Assembly: GCA_965215515.1 (NCBI GenBank) | Contig: OZ244057.1 | Location: forward strand, 32,001 to 96,000 | DNA from: Oligoflexales bacterium | GTDB taxonomy: Bacteria; Bdellovibrionota_B; Oligoflexia; Oligoflexales; JAPPIL01 | Direction: 5' to 3' | DNA: 64,000 nt | In this document: in pieces, positions 18,247 through 29,085 of the stretch | How positions within the stretch are numbered: position 1 is the stretch's first letter | Layout: each line of letters opens with the position of its first letter | Made by a program: the position numbers and the translations under genes | Notes under the pieces: generated by a model | The model's input: the letters and a program-made list of their open reading frames with translations, nothing else | Databases searched by the model: none | What the model was told of the DNA's origin: nothing

Positions 18247-21144
18247 ATGTTTGTACGTACCGCTTTTGCTGCGCTGTGGCTGGGGAGTGTAGCTGCCCAC
18301 GCCGCCGCCTGGAAACCACTGCTGCCCCTCAAAGGGCAAGCAGCACATGTGCCCTTCCTCGCCGCTTTTTTGAAAGACCCAAGTGTTTTTATCATAAACT
18401 CCAAGGCAGAATTTATAGAACATAAACAAGATCTGCAGGATGCAAGGGAAGGAGCTTTACGTAGTCAGAGGCGATTACAGGCATATTTTCTGATGTTGTC
18501 GGAATCCTGTTACTATCTCTATCAACAGCGCAGGAACGTTTCGTTATCGCCTGAGGAAGAAACGTGCCATCGGAATTTAATCAAAACAGGTGTTAGAATT
18601 TTAAAAAACACCGAAACATCACGTAACAAGATAATTTACAACGTCGCTTTAAGTCTTTACAATTTGCGTCAATATCGTGAGGCACACCAGTACTTCAGCA
18701 AGTTGTTGAGTAAGTCTTTCAGCAATCCGCTGGCGTTGAAGGCTGGTTTAGCGACCTACTTGATCGACCTTGCCATCAAGAAAAGCATCCCCTCAGTGTC
18801 GTGGCAACGTTTGGTCGCGAAGTTTGATGTGCGTGGCAAAATCATCATTCATCTTGCCACCGCACGACATCTGGCTGGTTTGAATCTACAAGGGGAGCGC
18901 GAGAAGCGAGCCAGCTCGCGTTATCGTCATTACCTGCAACAGCTTTCGCCTCTACTCAACGATATCAAGAGCGATGCACAGGCGTTAGTGCTTGCTTTCA
19001 TGATCGGCATCGTCAGAAAAGCTGAGACCTCCGTAGACTGGCAGCGTTTTCCCGTGCGGGTGGAGACGTTTGCCTACACCGCAGCGTTTCCTGCCTTACT
19101 GGAAAGACAAGCCTTATCCGCTCTCGCACAGCGGCGTTTTGGCGCGGCACTCGGTCTCTATAAGCGTCTGTTGCCGATGATCAAGGGGCGTAAAACCCAG
19201 CATATCGTTATACGACGTTTACTGGTAATCACTAAAAAGTTCTATTTGCAGAGCCGTGATAGCAAAGAGTATCGCAAGGTGATGCATTTAAGTGGCAACT
19301 ATCTTAAGGCGGAAACCGACAAAAAACTACTCGATAAATACATCCAGTTCCTCCTTAACAAAGAAAGTGCTAATTTGCCGACGATGCCAGAACAACAACT
19401 CAAGCGACTGCTATCGCTCTACAAGGATATGTTGCGTTTACAGACCAACAAGAGCTACACTATAAACAACCGTGAGATGCTCGCGGCAATTCACTTACGC
19501 CTCAACAACCATGCGGGTGCGGTCAATGTCTACTATGCTCTGTTCAAAGAACTCGGTGGCAGGACGCTAAAGTATATCGACAGTGCCATCAAATATCAAC
19601 ATCGTCTCGCGGAGTGGCCTCTAAAACTGGTGTGGTCTGCACAGCCACGTCGCTTGCGCGCGGCACGCGTGCGTCTCCTTAAAATGTATGAACAAAAAGC
19701 ACCTCTGACCACCGCTCCCGACTGGCGTATTATCGCACAACGGGGGTTGCTCTCTTTAAATCTTAACATGAAAAACAAAGCCTGGAGCTTGTGGGCAAGT
19801 AGTATGCAACACACCAACCCTAGCATCGCTCCCGTCGCAATCGGCATGGTGTTGAACGATTATTTGCAAGACAAGCAGTGGCTGAAAGCAGAGACACTTA
19901 TCAAGCGTTGCTTACGCTTCGGGATTGTGCCACAAACATTAACTAAAAAGAAAATGCCGCTGAAAAAAATCTATGTCGATGTTATGGATGAAGCGATAAA
20001 GTACTATCTTAGGATGAACAATTTTGCCGCAGCAAAATCAAAAAGCGTAGATTTTTTCAAACTTTTCCCTAAAGACAGCCGCCAGCCCAAAAACCTTTTG
20101 CGTCTTGCCGATATTCTTGTCAAAAGTAAGGAATACTCGCAAGCGATGTTTTATTTGATTGAATTAGTTACCAACTACCCTCAAAATGATTATTTCAGAC
20201 GCGGTTTGTTACGTGCCGCTAAGCTGGCAACCATGCAGGCTGATGAAAAAAACGCCGTCATTCTCTATCGCTTGTTTTTTAAGCGTTATCCCAAGGATAG
20301 AGCGATCAAAGCTGTCGTCTTACAGTTGATAAAACTATACAAGTCGCAGCGTTTGTACGGTGATTTGCAAGTTGTCTATGAATATGTTCTAGTCTCGCCA
20401 CTTTTCAGCGGCATGGAGAAGCAAAAAAACGAAGTTGCCTTGATGGAGCTGGAAGAAAGATACGGCAATCGCACGAAGGCGGTGAGTATGGCAACGCGTA
20501 TCATGGCAGAGCCACGTCGTGATCTGCGGCACAAAGCGATCGCCGCCAGTTTATTGGCACGTTATCACCGTGCCCGCAGAAATCGCCCCGCCTTGCTCAC
20601 CCTCGAACGTAGCTTAAGCCCCACGCGTTATGAGTACAAAGAGGTACGTAACGAGCTGTCTTTTTATATTGCCGAAAACCAGCGTTTTGTGAACCCAGAC
20701 ATGATCGATCAATACGAACAAAAACCTGTAAATTTTCTCAAGTATCTTGCCAGTAGTTTTGAAAAAGTGAAAAAAAACTATCTTAACATATGTAAATTGC
20801 CCACCAGTCGCTTTTGTTTAGCTTCCTACCTAAGTCTGGTCGATCGCTGTCTAACTTTTATCGATGCTGCAGGCACCGCGGAACTTTCCGCAGCAAGCAC
20901 GAGACAAGAATACGACATCTTTACGCAGGATAAGAAAAAACTTATCAGTTATTTGAAAAGCCAGAAACAATATTTTCGCAATGCTTCTGTGCGAGAACTG
21001 CAATCAGGCAACGCTCCCTTTGAGTGGGTGGCGAAAAGCCTTGTTGTCTCTCCAGAGTTAAACTTATCATACGTTAATGATTATCTAGCTGAACCTGATT
21101 TTATCCAACTCGATCTCAAAAAGGATCTTGAGAGTGTTAAGTAA
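18247..21144 (+). CDS. Large exported TPR protein (GltD/AgmU-like paralogue)
   Basis: Signal peptide, TPR-like repeats, and a C-terminal EPDFI motif shared with 35940..39032. Confidence 0.6.
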   Translation: MFVRTAFAALWLGSVAAHAAAWKPLLPLKGQAAHVPFLAAFLKDPSVFIINSKAEFIEHKQDLQDAREGALRSQRRLQAYFLMLSESCYYLYQQRRNVSLSPEEETCHRNLIKTGVRILKNTETSRNKIIYNVALSLYNLRQYREAHQYFSKLLSKSFSNPLALKAGLATYLIDLAIKKSIPSVSWQRLVAKFDVRGKIIIHLATARHLAGLNLQGEREKRASSRYRHYLQQLSPLLNDIKSDAQALVLAFMIGIVRKAETSVDWQRFPVRVETFAYTAAFPALLERQALSALAQRRFGAALGLYKRLLPMIKGRKTQHIVIRRLLVITKKFYLQSRDSKEYRKVMHLSGNYLKAETDKKLLDKYIQFLLNKESANLPTMPEQQLKRLLSLYKDMLRLQTNKSYTINNREMLAAIHLRLNNHAGAVNVYYALFKELGGRTLKYIDSAIKYQHRLAEWPLKLVWSAQPRRLRAARVRLLKMYEQKAPLTTAPDWRIIAQRGLLSLNLNMKNKAWSLWASSMQHTNPSIAPVAIGMVLNDYLQDKQWLKAETLIKRCLRFGIVPQTLTKKKMPLKKIYVDVMDEAIKYYLRMNNFAAAKSKSVDFFKLFPKDSRQPKNLLRLADILVKSKEYSQAMFYLIELVTNYPQNDYFRRGLLRAAKLATMQADEKNAVILYRLFFKRYPKDRAIKAVVLQLIKLYKSQRLYGDLQVVYEYVLVSPLFSGMEKQKNEVALMELEERYGNRTKAVSMATRIMAEPRRDLRHKAIAASLLARYHRARRNRPALLTLERSLSPTRYEYKEVRNELSFYIAENQRFVNPDMIDQYEQKPVNFLKYLASSFEKVKKNYLNICKLPTSRFCLASYLSLVDRCLTFIDAAGTAELSAASTRQEYDIFTQDKKKLISYLKSQKQYFRNASVRELQSGNAPFEWVAKSLVVSPELNLSYVNDYLAEPDFIQLDLKKDLESVK

Positions 21145-22003
21145 AGTTATCTTACTGGTGTGGGTCAGTATCGCATTAGCGTGTGCGCACAGAGCTGCAG
21201 ACACACGTGTTATCGTGGGGAAAAGATACGTCGAGGCGGATAAGTATCTGTTGCCAGAACTCGATCTCGACTTGTTACCTGAGACAAGCAGCGAGTTATG
21301 GAAGGCCACTAACACTGCTTTTTTACAAAAAAATTATAAAAAAATAGAAGATGATATGCGGAGATTTTTGCGTGTCAACCCTGCTCATCCCGTGGCTTTA
21401 AGTATTTTGATGAAAGCAATTTTTCTACAAAAAAAATACGAACTGGCATCATATTATGGCGACTTGTTGTTGACTATCGATAGCAATAACGCCGATGCAC
21501 ACATGATCAAAGCCTTAGCGATCATCTCCGCTCCCAACAGCTATCATTACCAACGGCGTGCGGCGCGTTTGCGTCTGGAGGCGTTGTTTGTCGATAATAA
21601 AGCACATGTAGCCAGCGGTCTGAACCTCGCGATCTGGATGATGAAAAAGGGCAATTGTACCAAGGCGACACAATACTTCGCACAAGTAGTGAAACGTTGT
21701 CCTCAGTGCGGGATGGCACGGGTTGGTTTCGCTATCTGTTTGCTGCGTAGCGGTAAGTTTAATCGCTCTCACCGCCTATTGTTGAGCATTAATAAGGATG
21801 TGAAGGACACGCTGGCTAGATATTATTTGGCATTTAGCTATTTTAAAATAAAAAGGGATACCATCAAAGCCCGTAATATTTTGAAAGATATCCTCAACGA
21901 CAAAAGTGAAGAAGGTTATATTCGCAACAAGGCACGTTCGTTGCTGGTATTGATTCAAAATGAGAGTGTTGCCAGGCGCAATACAGGTTCTACCCGACGA
22001 TGA
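21128..22003 (+). CDS. TPR lipoprotein (GltE/AglT-like paralogue)
   Basis: Lipobox ALAC and TPR helices; overlaps the previous gene. Confidence 0.6.
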   Translation: MRVLSKVILLVWVSIALACAHRAADTRVIVGKRYVEADKYLLPELDLDLLPETSSELWKATNTAFLQKNYKKIEDDMRRFLRVNPAHPVALSILMKAIFLQKKYELASYYGDLLLTIDSNNADAHMIKALAIISAPNSYHYQRRAARLRLEALFVDNKAHVASGLNLAIWMMKKGNCTKATQYFAQVVKRCPQCGMARVGFAICLLRSGKFNRSHRLLLSINKDVKDTLARYYLAFSYFKIKRDTIKARNILKDILNDKSEEGYIRNKARSLLVLIQNESVARRNTGSTRR

Positions 22004-23649
22004 CCGCCGAACTTCATCTTGCCGATCTCATTCTCAGTGCGGTAATAATTATCGGTCTATTGAGTGTCAGTGCTTTGGTCTGCCAGCAACTGAAACTACC
22101 TGGCATTGTCGGTTTTATTATCGCGGGTGTTATCATCGGTCCTCACGGCATCGCTTTCATCAACACCATGCCAGGGGCGAACCTTATTGCGGAGCTGGCA
22201 GTAATTTTTTTGCTGTTCACTATCGGCTTGGAGTTGTCTTTTCAAACGCTTAAAAAAAACTGGAAGATAATCATCACCTCTGGCTTGGGACAAGTGCTAT
22301 TGACGGTAGCTGTATGTGCCGCACTCTGTCATTGGGTGTTGAATTTGCATTGGCCGCAAGCGTTATTGTGGGGGTGTTTGATTTCGTTGAGCTCATCAGC
22401 AATAGTGATGAAGTTGTTGATCGATAATCGTGAGATCACTTCTGCTTACGGCACCGCCGCGACGGGAATGCTATTGTCGCAGGATATTCTCGTTATTCCT
22501 ATGACACTTGCGGTGGCGTTGCTGTCGATGGGCAAGGTCGGTGGGCAAAGTTTTAATTTTTCTTACGACAAGCTTTTATTGTGGGGAGGCACGCTGATCG
22601 GGGTCTGTTTGTTCCTCTATGTATCGGCCAAGTATATCGTGCCCTTTGTGCTAGAAGGGGTTGCTAAAACCAAAATCCGCGAGTTGTTTTTTTTCGCAGT
22701 GTTACTGCTGTGCCTCGGTTTTGCCCTACTTTTTGAGAAGCTCAATCTCTCGCTAGCTTTGGGAGCTTTTTTGTCGGGCCTGGTTATTTCTGAATCGCAT
22801 TTCGGACGACAGGCAACGGTGGAAATAATTTTACTGCGAGACAGTTTTTTAGCCTTATTTTTTGTTTCGACAGGCATGTTGCTCGATGTACAATTCGTCA
22901 TCAACAATTTTTTCTTGATTATTTTATTTACCTTGCTGACCATCAGTGGCAAAGTGTTAATCGGCACGCTGGTCGCGTGGCTAGCACGTGTCCCGCTCAA
23001 GAGCGCAATTATCTGTGGTTTGTTTATTGCGCAAATCGGCGAGCTTTCGTTTGTGTTAGCTGAGCTTGGTCTCGATAACAAGTTATTGAGCCACATGCAG
23101 TTTCAATATTTTCTGTCGATAACGGTTATTACGATGATGGTTACCCCGTTGTTTTTTCGCTTTGCCCCTCGTTTAGTGCTCGTCCGTGTCGGTACGGAAC
23201 AAAAAAAGGCTGCTGTCACTACCTCCGCAGCTAAAAAATTAGACGCGGTGGTTATCGGTTATGGTGTGGCGGGGCAAGCATTGGTCGCTTGGTTGCGCAC
23301 CGAGGGGAAGAGTTTTCGCATCGTTGAACAGAATTACGAATTATTTAAAAAGGCGCATGCGGAAGGACTGCCGATTGTCTATGGCGATGGCTCGCACGCC
23401 CAGATCTTGCACAGCGCAGATTTTGCCAGGGCTGAACTGATCATCGTCTGCGTCGCGGGTATTGTGGCTACCAATGCCATCGTGGGAAATATCCTCCGTT
23501 CACAGCCTGAGGCGACGGTGCTCGTGCGGGTGCAGTATCGGCGTGAGGCAATTCTACTCGCCAACATGCTCGATCGCAAGATGATCATCGACTCCGAAAC
23601 CATCTCTTCTCGCCGTCTGGTGGCGAAGGTGAAGAGTCTATTGGCTTGA
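22000..23649 (+). CDS. CPA2 cation:proton antiporter with TrkA-N/KTN domain (Kef/YbaL-like)
   Basis: GFIIAGVIIGP, LLFTIGLE, SLSSSAIV, AQIGELSFVL motifs and C-terminal VIGYGVAG Rossmann fold. Confidence 0.9.
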   Translation: MTAELHLADLILSAVIIIGLLSVSALVCQQLKLPGIVGFIIAGVIIGPHGIAFINTMPGANLIAELAVIFLLFTIGLELSFQTLKKNWKIIITSGLGQVLLTVAVCAALCHWVLNLHWPQALLWGCLISLSSSAIVMKLLIDNREITSAYGTAATGMLLSQDILVIPMTLAVALLSMGKVGGQSFNFSYDKLLLWGGTLIGVCLFLYVSAKYIVPFVLEGVAKTKIRELFFFAVLLLCLGFALLFEKLNLSLALGAFLSGLVISESHFGRQATVEIILLRDSFLALFFVSTGMLLDVQFVINNFFLIILFTLLTISGKVLIGTLVAWLARVPLKSAIICGLFIAQIGELSFVLAELGLDNKLLSHMQFQYFLSITVITMMVTPLFFRFAPRLVLVRVGTEQKKAAVTTSAAKKLDAVVIGYGVAGQALVAWLRTEGKSFRIVEQNYELFKKAHAEGLPIVYGDGSHAQILHSADFARAELIIVCVAGIVATNAIVGNILRSQPEATVLVRVQYRREAILLANMLDRKMIIDSETISSRRLVAKVKSLLA

Positions 23650-23700
23650 GCAACTCGGTAGCATTGTGTTAGGATGAATAGTGCAGGTGAGAGGACGAAG

Positions 23701-23895
23701 ATGGGTATCCCTGGTATTCCCGAGCTGTTGGTTATCTTCGGTGTGGTGGTGCTGTTATTCGGAGCTAAGCAGCTACCCAAGCTCGGCGGTGCGGTAGGCG
23801 AAAGCATCAAGAATTTCCGTAAGGGCATTAAGGATAAAGACACCGCGGCCTTGCCCGACAAGGCTAACGACGACCCAGACAAGCCACAGGACTAA
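23701..23895 (+). CDS. tatA: Twin-arginine translocase TatA
   Basis: GIPELLVIFGVVVLLFGAKQLPKLGGAVGESIKNFRKG. Confidence 0.93.
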   Translation: MGIPGIPELLVIFGVVVLLFGAKQLPKLGGAVGESIKNFRKGIKDKDTAALPDKANDDPDKPQD

Positions 23896-23898
23896 ACG

Positions 23899-24684
23899 GT
23901 GCAGGTGTTGGCGCAGCCCGTAGCCTCGCTGGGGGCGTTTTTTTTGCGGCGTGTCACCGAGCTGGGGGCGTTTCTAATTTTTTTGCAGCAAGCATTGCTA
24001 GAGGTCTGCCGCCGCCCGCTGCGGCTCGAACGTATTGTCATGCAACTCGAATTCATCGGTAACAGATCGCTGCCGATTATCTTGATTACAGGTTTCTTTG
24101 TGGGTGCCGTCTTCGCTCTGCAGGTCGGCAGTATTTTTGTTATTTTCAGTGCGGAAAGTTTGACGGGCAGTGCCACGGGTCTCGCTCTAACGCGTGAACT
24201 CGCACCGCTGATTACGGCGTTTTTGATCGCGGGGCGGGTCGGTTCGGCGATTACCGCGGAGTTGGCGGCGATGAAAGTCAACGAACAGATAGACGCGATG
24301 GAGGCGATGGGGGTCAATCCCATCAGCTATTTGGTCAAGCCGTTGTTGATTGCCTCGACCCTGATGCTACCTGTGCTGTGTATTTTTTTCAACTTGGTTG
24401 GGATGCTCGGTTCTTATGTCTCGTCGCTGTTTATCTTTGATGTTTCGGAAGGAATTTTTCGCGAAAAGATTTTGGAATTTATCGTTATGCAGGACATTTT
24501 CGCGGGATTGGTCAAAGCGGTTTTTTTTGGCCTGATTATTGCGGCTGTCGCGTGCAACTGTGGTTTACAGGCACGGGGAGGAGCACGCGGCATCGGTGAG
24601 GCTACCACCGCAGGTGTGGTCGCTAATCTCTTGAGTGTGCTGTGTCTCGATGTTCTCATTACCTGGATTCAGGTTTCCACCTGA
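23899..24684 (+). CDS. mlaE: MlaE ABC permease
   Basis: RELAPLITAFLIAGRVGSAITAELAAMKVNEQIDA. Confidence 0.93.
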   Translation: MQVLAQPVASLGAFFLRRVTELGAFLIFLQQALLEVCRRPLRLERIVMQLEFIGNRSLPIILITGFFVGAVFALQVGSIFVIFSAESLTGSATGLALTRELAPLITAFLIAGRVGSAITAELAAMKVNEQIDAMEAMGVNPISYLVKPLLIASTLMLPVLCIFFNLVGMLGSYVSSLFIFDVSEGIFREKILEFIVMQDIFAGLVKAVFFGLIIAAVACNCGLQARGGARGIGEATTAGVVANLLSVLCLDVLITWIQVST

Positions 24685-24691
24685 GGTGAGC

Positions 24692-25441
24692 ATGATAGCT
24701 TTCGAGAACATTTCCAAAAAGTTCGGCAACACCACGGTGCTCGATGAAATCTGTTTCAGTATTCCCAAGAACAAAATAACTTTCATCGTCGGCAGATCGG
24801 GAGAGGGTAAATCTGTCACCATCAAGCACATTATCGGGCTTTTGCGTCCCGATAGCGGGCGTATCGTCGTGGCTGAGGAGGAGATTACCGCTTTCAACAC
24901 GACACAGATGCGTCAGCACCGCAAAAAGTTCGGCATGTTGTTCCAGCACTCGGCACTTTTTGACAGTATGAGTGTGCTCGACAACGTAGTTTTTCCGCTG
25001 CGTGAGCATACTCGTTTAAGTCGCCATGCCATGCGTCTCAAAGCCGAGGAAAGTCTTGCGCGGGTGGGGCTGAGCGATGTCTTACAGCGTTATCCGAGCG
25101 AGCTCTCGACGGGGGAGAAGAAGCGCACGGGGCTGGCGCGGGCGCTCGTCAACGACCCTCATGTGTTGCTTTACGACGAGCCGACCACGGGGATGGACCC
25201 GTTGATCGCGGACATGATCGACAATCTCATCGTCAAGATCAGCGCTGAGTTGCCTGAGGTGACCTCCGTCGTTATTTCACATGACATCAAGGCAACTCTT
25301 GCCACGGCTGACAAGATAATCATGCTTTACAGGGGAAAAGTTGTGTTGGATGGCAGTCCCGATACCTTCAAAACTACCCGTGACCCAGTGGTGTGCCAGT
25401 TTATGGCGGGGCAAGTCGAGGGGCCGATGCAATTTGTTTAA
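24692..25441 (+). CDS. mlaF: MlaF ABC ATPase
   Basis: GRSGEGKS, FGMLFQHSALFDSM and LLYDEPTTGMDP motifs; lies between mlaE and mlaD. Confidence 0.9.
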   Translation: MIAFENISKKFGNTTVLDEICFSIPKNKITFIVGRSGEGKSVTIKHIIGLLRPDSGRIVVAEEEITAFNTTQMRQHRKKFGMLFQHSALFDSMSVLDNVVFPLREHTRLSRHAMRLKAEESLARVGLSDVLQRYPSELSTGEKKRTGLARALVNDPHVLLYDEPTTGMDPLIADMIDNLIVKISAELPEVTSVVISHDIKATLATADKIIMLYRGKVVLDGSPDTFKTTRDPVVCQFMAGQVEGPMQFV

Positions 25442-25548
25442 CTCGTTGGTTTAACAAGATAGTTATGGGTAATTTTTCCACTTTTTGAGAAAACCTTCAT
25501 TAAGAATAAAGTTGAACTTTCCGAAACAGGGGCGTGATTGATTGAGAG

Positions 25549-27063
25549 ATGGCGATGAAACCTTTCGGGGCTGAATTCAGGGTTGGCATTTTTATTTTGC
25601 TGGCGAGTGCTGCCATCATCGTCATTTTTTTCTTTTTGAATCCCGACAGTTTTCGGGGTGGCAATTACAAGACTTACCACACGATCACCGATAATGCTGA
25701 AGGTATTGTAGAGAAGACGCATGTCAGAACAAACGGTGTGACGGTAGGGAGGGTGGCGGAAATTATTTTGTTGACCAACAGAACCAAGATTGTCCTGGAG
25801 ATCGATAGGAGTGTGGATGTTCCGCTCGAATCGGTAGTGGAGATAAGGAGTCGTGGATTATTGGGGGACAAGTATATTGAGATCATTCGTTCTCCGTTGA
25901 CTGAGATGGCGGAGGACGGTGCGGAGTTATCTAGTTCTAGTGATAGCCTCAGTGCGGAGGAGGTTGTCGCTTATATGGGACGCATTGCCAAGGATATTAA
26001 GAAGATCACGCAATCGTTAGCGGGTTCTTTTGCCTCTGAGGAGGGGCAGGATCGGATCAAAGATATTTTCGAGGACATGTCGGGGTTGTTGGTTGATTTA
26101 CGTGGTATGGTGAAGGAAAATCGTGGCGAGGTGACCGCGACTATTCATTCTTTGCGGCGCGCCGCGGCGGGGGTCGAGCGGGTGGTGGCTAGCAGTGGGA
26201 ATAATCTCGAACAGATTCTTGTCAATCTGGAGGAGGTCAGCACGACGTTGAAGACGGTGTTGGGCGAGGAGGAACAGGAGAAATTTCGTTCTATTCTGGT
26301 CAAGCTCGACAATTCGATGGCTGACATCAGGGAAACGGCAGGCAATATCAAACTTGTTTCGACTAATTTGCAGGAGGGCAAGGGCACGCTGGGAAAATTG
26401 CTCAGCGATGATGAGACGATTACTAAAATCGAGCAAACGCTCGACGGTGTCAGTGAGGTGTTGTCTCCTGCGGCTAAATTGCAGGTTGAGGTTGATTATC
26501 ACGGCGAGATGCGTGCTGATGAGAGTTCACAGCATTATTTCAATTTGTTGTTCAGGACGAGGCAGGACAAGTATTATCTTTTTGGAATAACTGACCTCGG
26601 TGAGCGGGTTACGGTCACGCACACGGACACCACTCCGCAAGACGGTAGCGGCGAGCATGTTTCGTATCAGAAGGAGACCATTGTCGACGACAAGGCTTTG
26701 CGCTTCAACGTGCAGTTTGCACACCGCTGGTATGATGTGGCGTTGCGTTTTGGTTTGTTTGAGTCGAAGGGGGGGGTTGCTTCCGATCTGTACTTGCTCG
26801 ATGATCGTTTGCGTTTGACTGTGGAGGCGTTCGACTGGAACAGCAAGGGCAGTGAGGTGCGCAAGGTGGCGCATTTCAAGGCTTATGCCAAGTTCATCTT
26901 TTTGCGCCATCTCACTCTTGTGGCTGGTATCGACGACCCCACCCGTCTTGCTGTCGATGGCAACGACTTGCGCGATAACCTCAATTATTTCTTCGGGGCA
27001 GGGTTCTCCTTTACCGACAACGACCTCAAGGGTTTCCTCGGCACGGCGGCACTAGCTTTCTGA
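25549..27063 (+). CDS. mlaD: MlaD/MCE protein with long helical region and beta-rich C-terminus
   Basis: N-terminal TM, NGVTVGRV..GLLGDKYIEI MCE motifs, GKGTLGKLL. Confidence 0.88.
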   Translation: MAMKPFGAEFRVGIFILLASAAIIVIFFFLNPDSFRGGNYKTYHTITDNAEGIVEKTHVRTNGVTVGRVAEIILLTNRTKIVLEIDRSVDVPLESVVEIRSRGLLGDKYIEIIRSPLTEMAEDGAELSSSSDSLSAEEVVAYMGRIAKDIKKITQSLAGSFASEEGQDRIKDIFEDMSGLLVDLRGMVKENRGEVTATIHSLRRAAAGVERVVASSGNNLEQILVNLEEVSTTLKTVLGEEEQEKFRSILVKLDNSMADIRETAGNIKLVSTNLQEGKGTLGKLLSDDETITKIEQTLDGVSEVLSPAAKLQVEVDYHGEMRADESSQHYFNLLFRTRQDKYYLFGITDLGERVTVTHTDTTPQDGSGEHVSYQKETIVDDKALRFNVQFAHRWYDVALRFGLFESKGGVASDLYLLDDRLRLTVEAFDWNSKGSEVRKVAHFKAYAKFIFLRHLTLVAGIDDPTRLAVDGNDLRDNLNYFFGAGFSFTDNDLKGFLGTAALAF

Positions 27064-27201
27064 ACCGTGCAGCCTGAACCCTCTTCACGCAGCCCCTTCA
27101 CATCACCCGCGCCACGCACAAAAACCAGTAACAGCAACACGTTCAAAGCACACATCCCAACCCCCCAAATCACAAACGTAGGCAGCCGCGTGCGTCGTGC
27201 G

Positions 27202-28968
27202 TTATTGCGCTGCGCGGGAAAACTTCCGCAGCTGGGCAAGCAGGGTGGGTGCATCGAGGTAGCCGTTGATAATGACGCGCTTGCGATGATCTTGGTCCGC
27301 GGGCAGCAGCACGATACTGGGTAAGCTCAGAATACCGTATTTCTGGCGCAGTGCTTCGGTTGTGGTGCTGGTGATGGTGAAGTCGAGTTTCAGCGGCAGC
27401 CAGTTGTTATCCTGTAGCCAGCGACTCAGGGTGGGGTCGGTCCAGGTGAGGGCATCCAGTTGTTTGCAGCGTTCGCACCACTCCGCCCAGCCGTCGATCA
27501 ACAGCGGCCGTTGCTGTGTCTGTGCGCGCTGCACGGCCTCAGGCTCGGAGGTTAGCCAATTGACCAGGGTAGGGCGAGTCGGGGTGGTCGCACCTTGACT
27601 GAGGGCGAACAGTCCCATCCCCAGCAGTAACGCACAGGGCAGCGACCCCCCGCGCCCCAAACGCCTCCGCCAGGCCAGTAGCACGGTCAACAGCAGGCCA
27701 GCTCCCAGCAGGGTGGCACTGAGCGGATACCAGAAGGCATTCAACTCCTGCAGCTGTTTATAAAACGGAATACGCCCGTAGTAGAAAAACAAAGCGAACA
27801 TCATCGCTGCCATCAGCAGTTTGGTGCACAGCTGAAGAGGAGGGGCGAGTTTGACTCGGGTAAGCTTGGTGATGAGATTGCCTCCGCCGATGTAGGGGAG
27901 AGCGAAGCCACAGCTGTAGGTGAAAAACAGCAGGAAGGCTTCCACCCCCACCATCTGTGTGGCTGACCACGTTAGCAATGCACCGAGAATCGGCCCCGTG
28001 CACGGTGCTGCCACCAACCCCGCCCCCAGTCCCAGACAGAAGGTGTTGGACAGCGATGCTTTGCCCTGTCCGAGCTTTACTCCCAGCTGCTGCAAGAAGG
28101 CGAGATTCCCCCACCCTAGCATCGTCAAGCCGAAGACGAACATCAACACGCTGAAAGTGACGGTGAACCACAGGTTGCCGAGAATTGCTCCGAATAACCC
28201 TCCTCCAAAAGCCGCGACGATACCGAGTGCGCTGTAAGAGGAAATAATTCCTGCCCCGTAGACCGATGCGCTGAGCAGAGGTGTGACGCGCCGTGCCGCT
28301 AGGGTTTTCAGGGTGATGGGAATCAGCGGTAACACACAGGGGGTGAAGTTGGTCAGCAAACCGCCGAGCAGCGCGATTAAAATCAGCCACAGCAGAGAAT
28401 GTCGGCTTTGTCCCGCGAAGCTGATAAGCGACTGTTCGATACTCACAGCCGCGTGCCCGTCGGAAGGTGGCGAGGGTACGGACTTGCTGGCGGTCGTGGC
28501 GCGGAGTGGTGTGTCGTCGCCTCGCCCTGCGGAATCGGAACGGTAGACGTTGATGTGCAATGTCTCGGTGTAAGGGAAAAGACATATCTTGTCGGTGCAA
28601 CCGATGTAGGTGATGGCAAGAGGGAATGTTTCCTCCTGTGGAATACCTTTGAGGAGCAGTTCAAACTCGCCGCCGAAGAACGTTTTTACCTTCTCGCCCG
28701 TCAGCGGGTCGGTAATTTCCCGTGCGGGTGGTTCTTGGGTGTGCAGAAGTGCGAGCTCCAAAGGAGGCTGAAAGGAGATCTTGTCGCGGTAAAGACTGAA
28801 ACCCTTTGCAGTCGTGAGCCGTAGCAACACACGGGTGCGGTCGTCCTCAATTCGTGCTCCCGCACTCTGCCAGGTGACCACCGCGGCAGGGTGAGGGGGA
28901 GGATCGTCGAACGCGAGTGCGGTCAGCCATAGCAGGAGCAGCAGGGGTCGCAAGGGAGAAAAAAACAT
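27202..28968 (-). CDS. dsbD: Thiol:disulfide interchange protein DsbD
   Basis: GCTDKICLFP, FTPCVLPLIP, APCTGP and WAEWCERC motifs. Confidence 0.92.
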   Translation of the reverse strand: MFFSPLRPLLLLLWLTALAFDDPPPHPAAVVTWQSAGARIEDDRTRVLLRLTTAKGFSLYRDKISFQPPLELALLHTQEPPAREITDPLTGEKVKTFFGGEFELLLKGIPQEETFPLAITYIGCTDKICLFPYTETLHINVYRSDSAGRGDDTPLRATTASKSVPSPPSDGHAAVSIEQSLISFAGQSRHSLLWLILIALLGGLLTNFTPCVLPLIPITLKTLAARRVTPLLSASVYGAGIISSYSALGIVAAFGGGLFGAILGNLWFTVTFSVLMFVFGLTMLGWGNLAFLQQLGVKLGQGKASLSNTFCLGLGAGLVAAPCTGPILGALLTWSATQMVGVEAFLLFFTYSCGFALPYIGGGNLITKLTRVKLAPPLQLCTKLLMAAMMFALFFYYGRIPFYKQLQELNAFWYPLSATLLGAGLLLTVLLAWRRRLGRGGSLPCALLLGMGLFALSQGATTPTRPTLVNWLTSEPEAVQRAQTQQRPLLIDGWAEWCERCKQLDALTWTDPTLSRWLQDNNWLPLKLDFTITSTTTEALRQKYGILSLPSIVLLPADQDHRKRVIINGYLDAPTLLAQLRKFSRAAQ

Positions 28969-29085
28969 CTGGTGACTCGACGATGGTGCTGGAGAGCACG
29001 CGGTATCAACACTTGACCACCGTCACAGAATAACATACACCTAGCGGTCGTTCTATCGCGAATGAGGCAAGAAAGGAGCGGAGGC

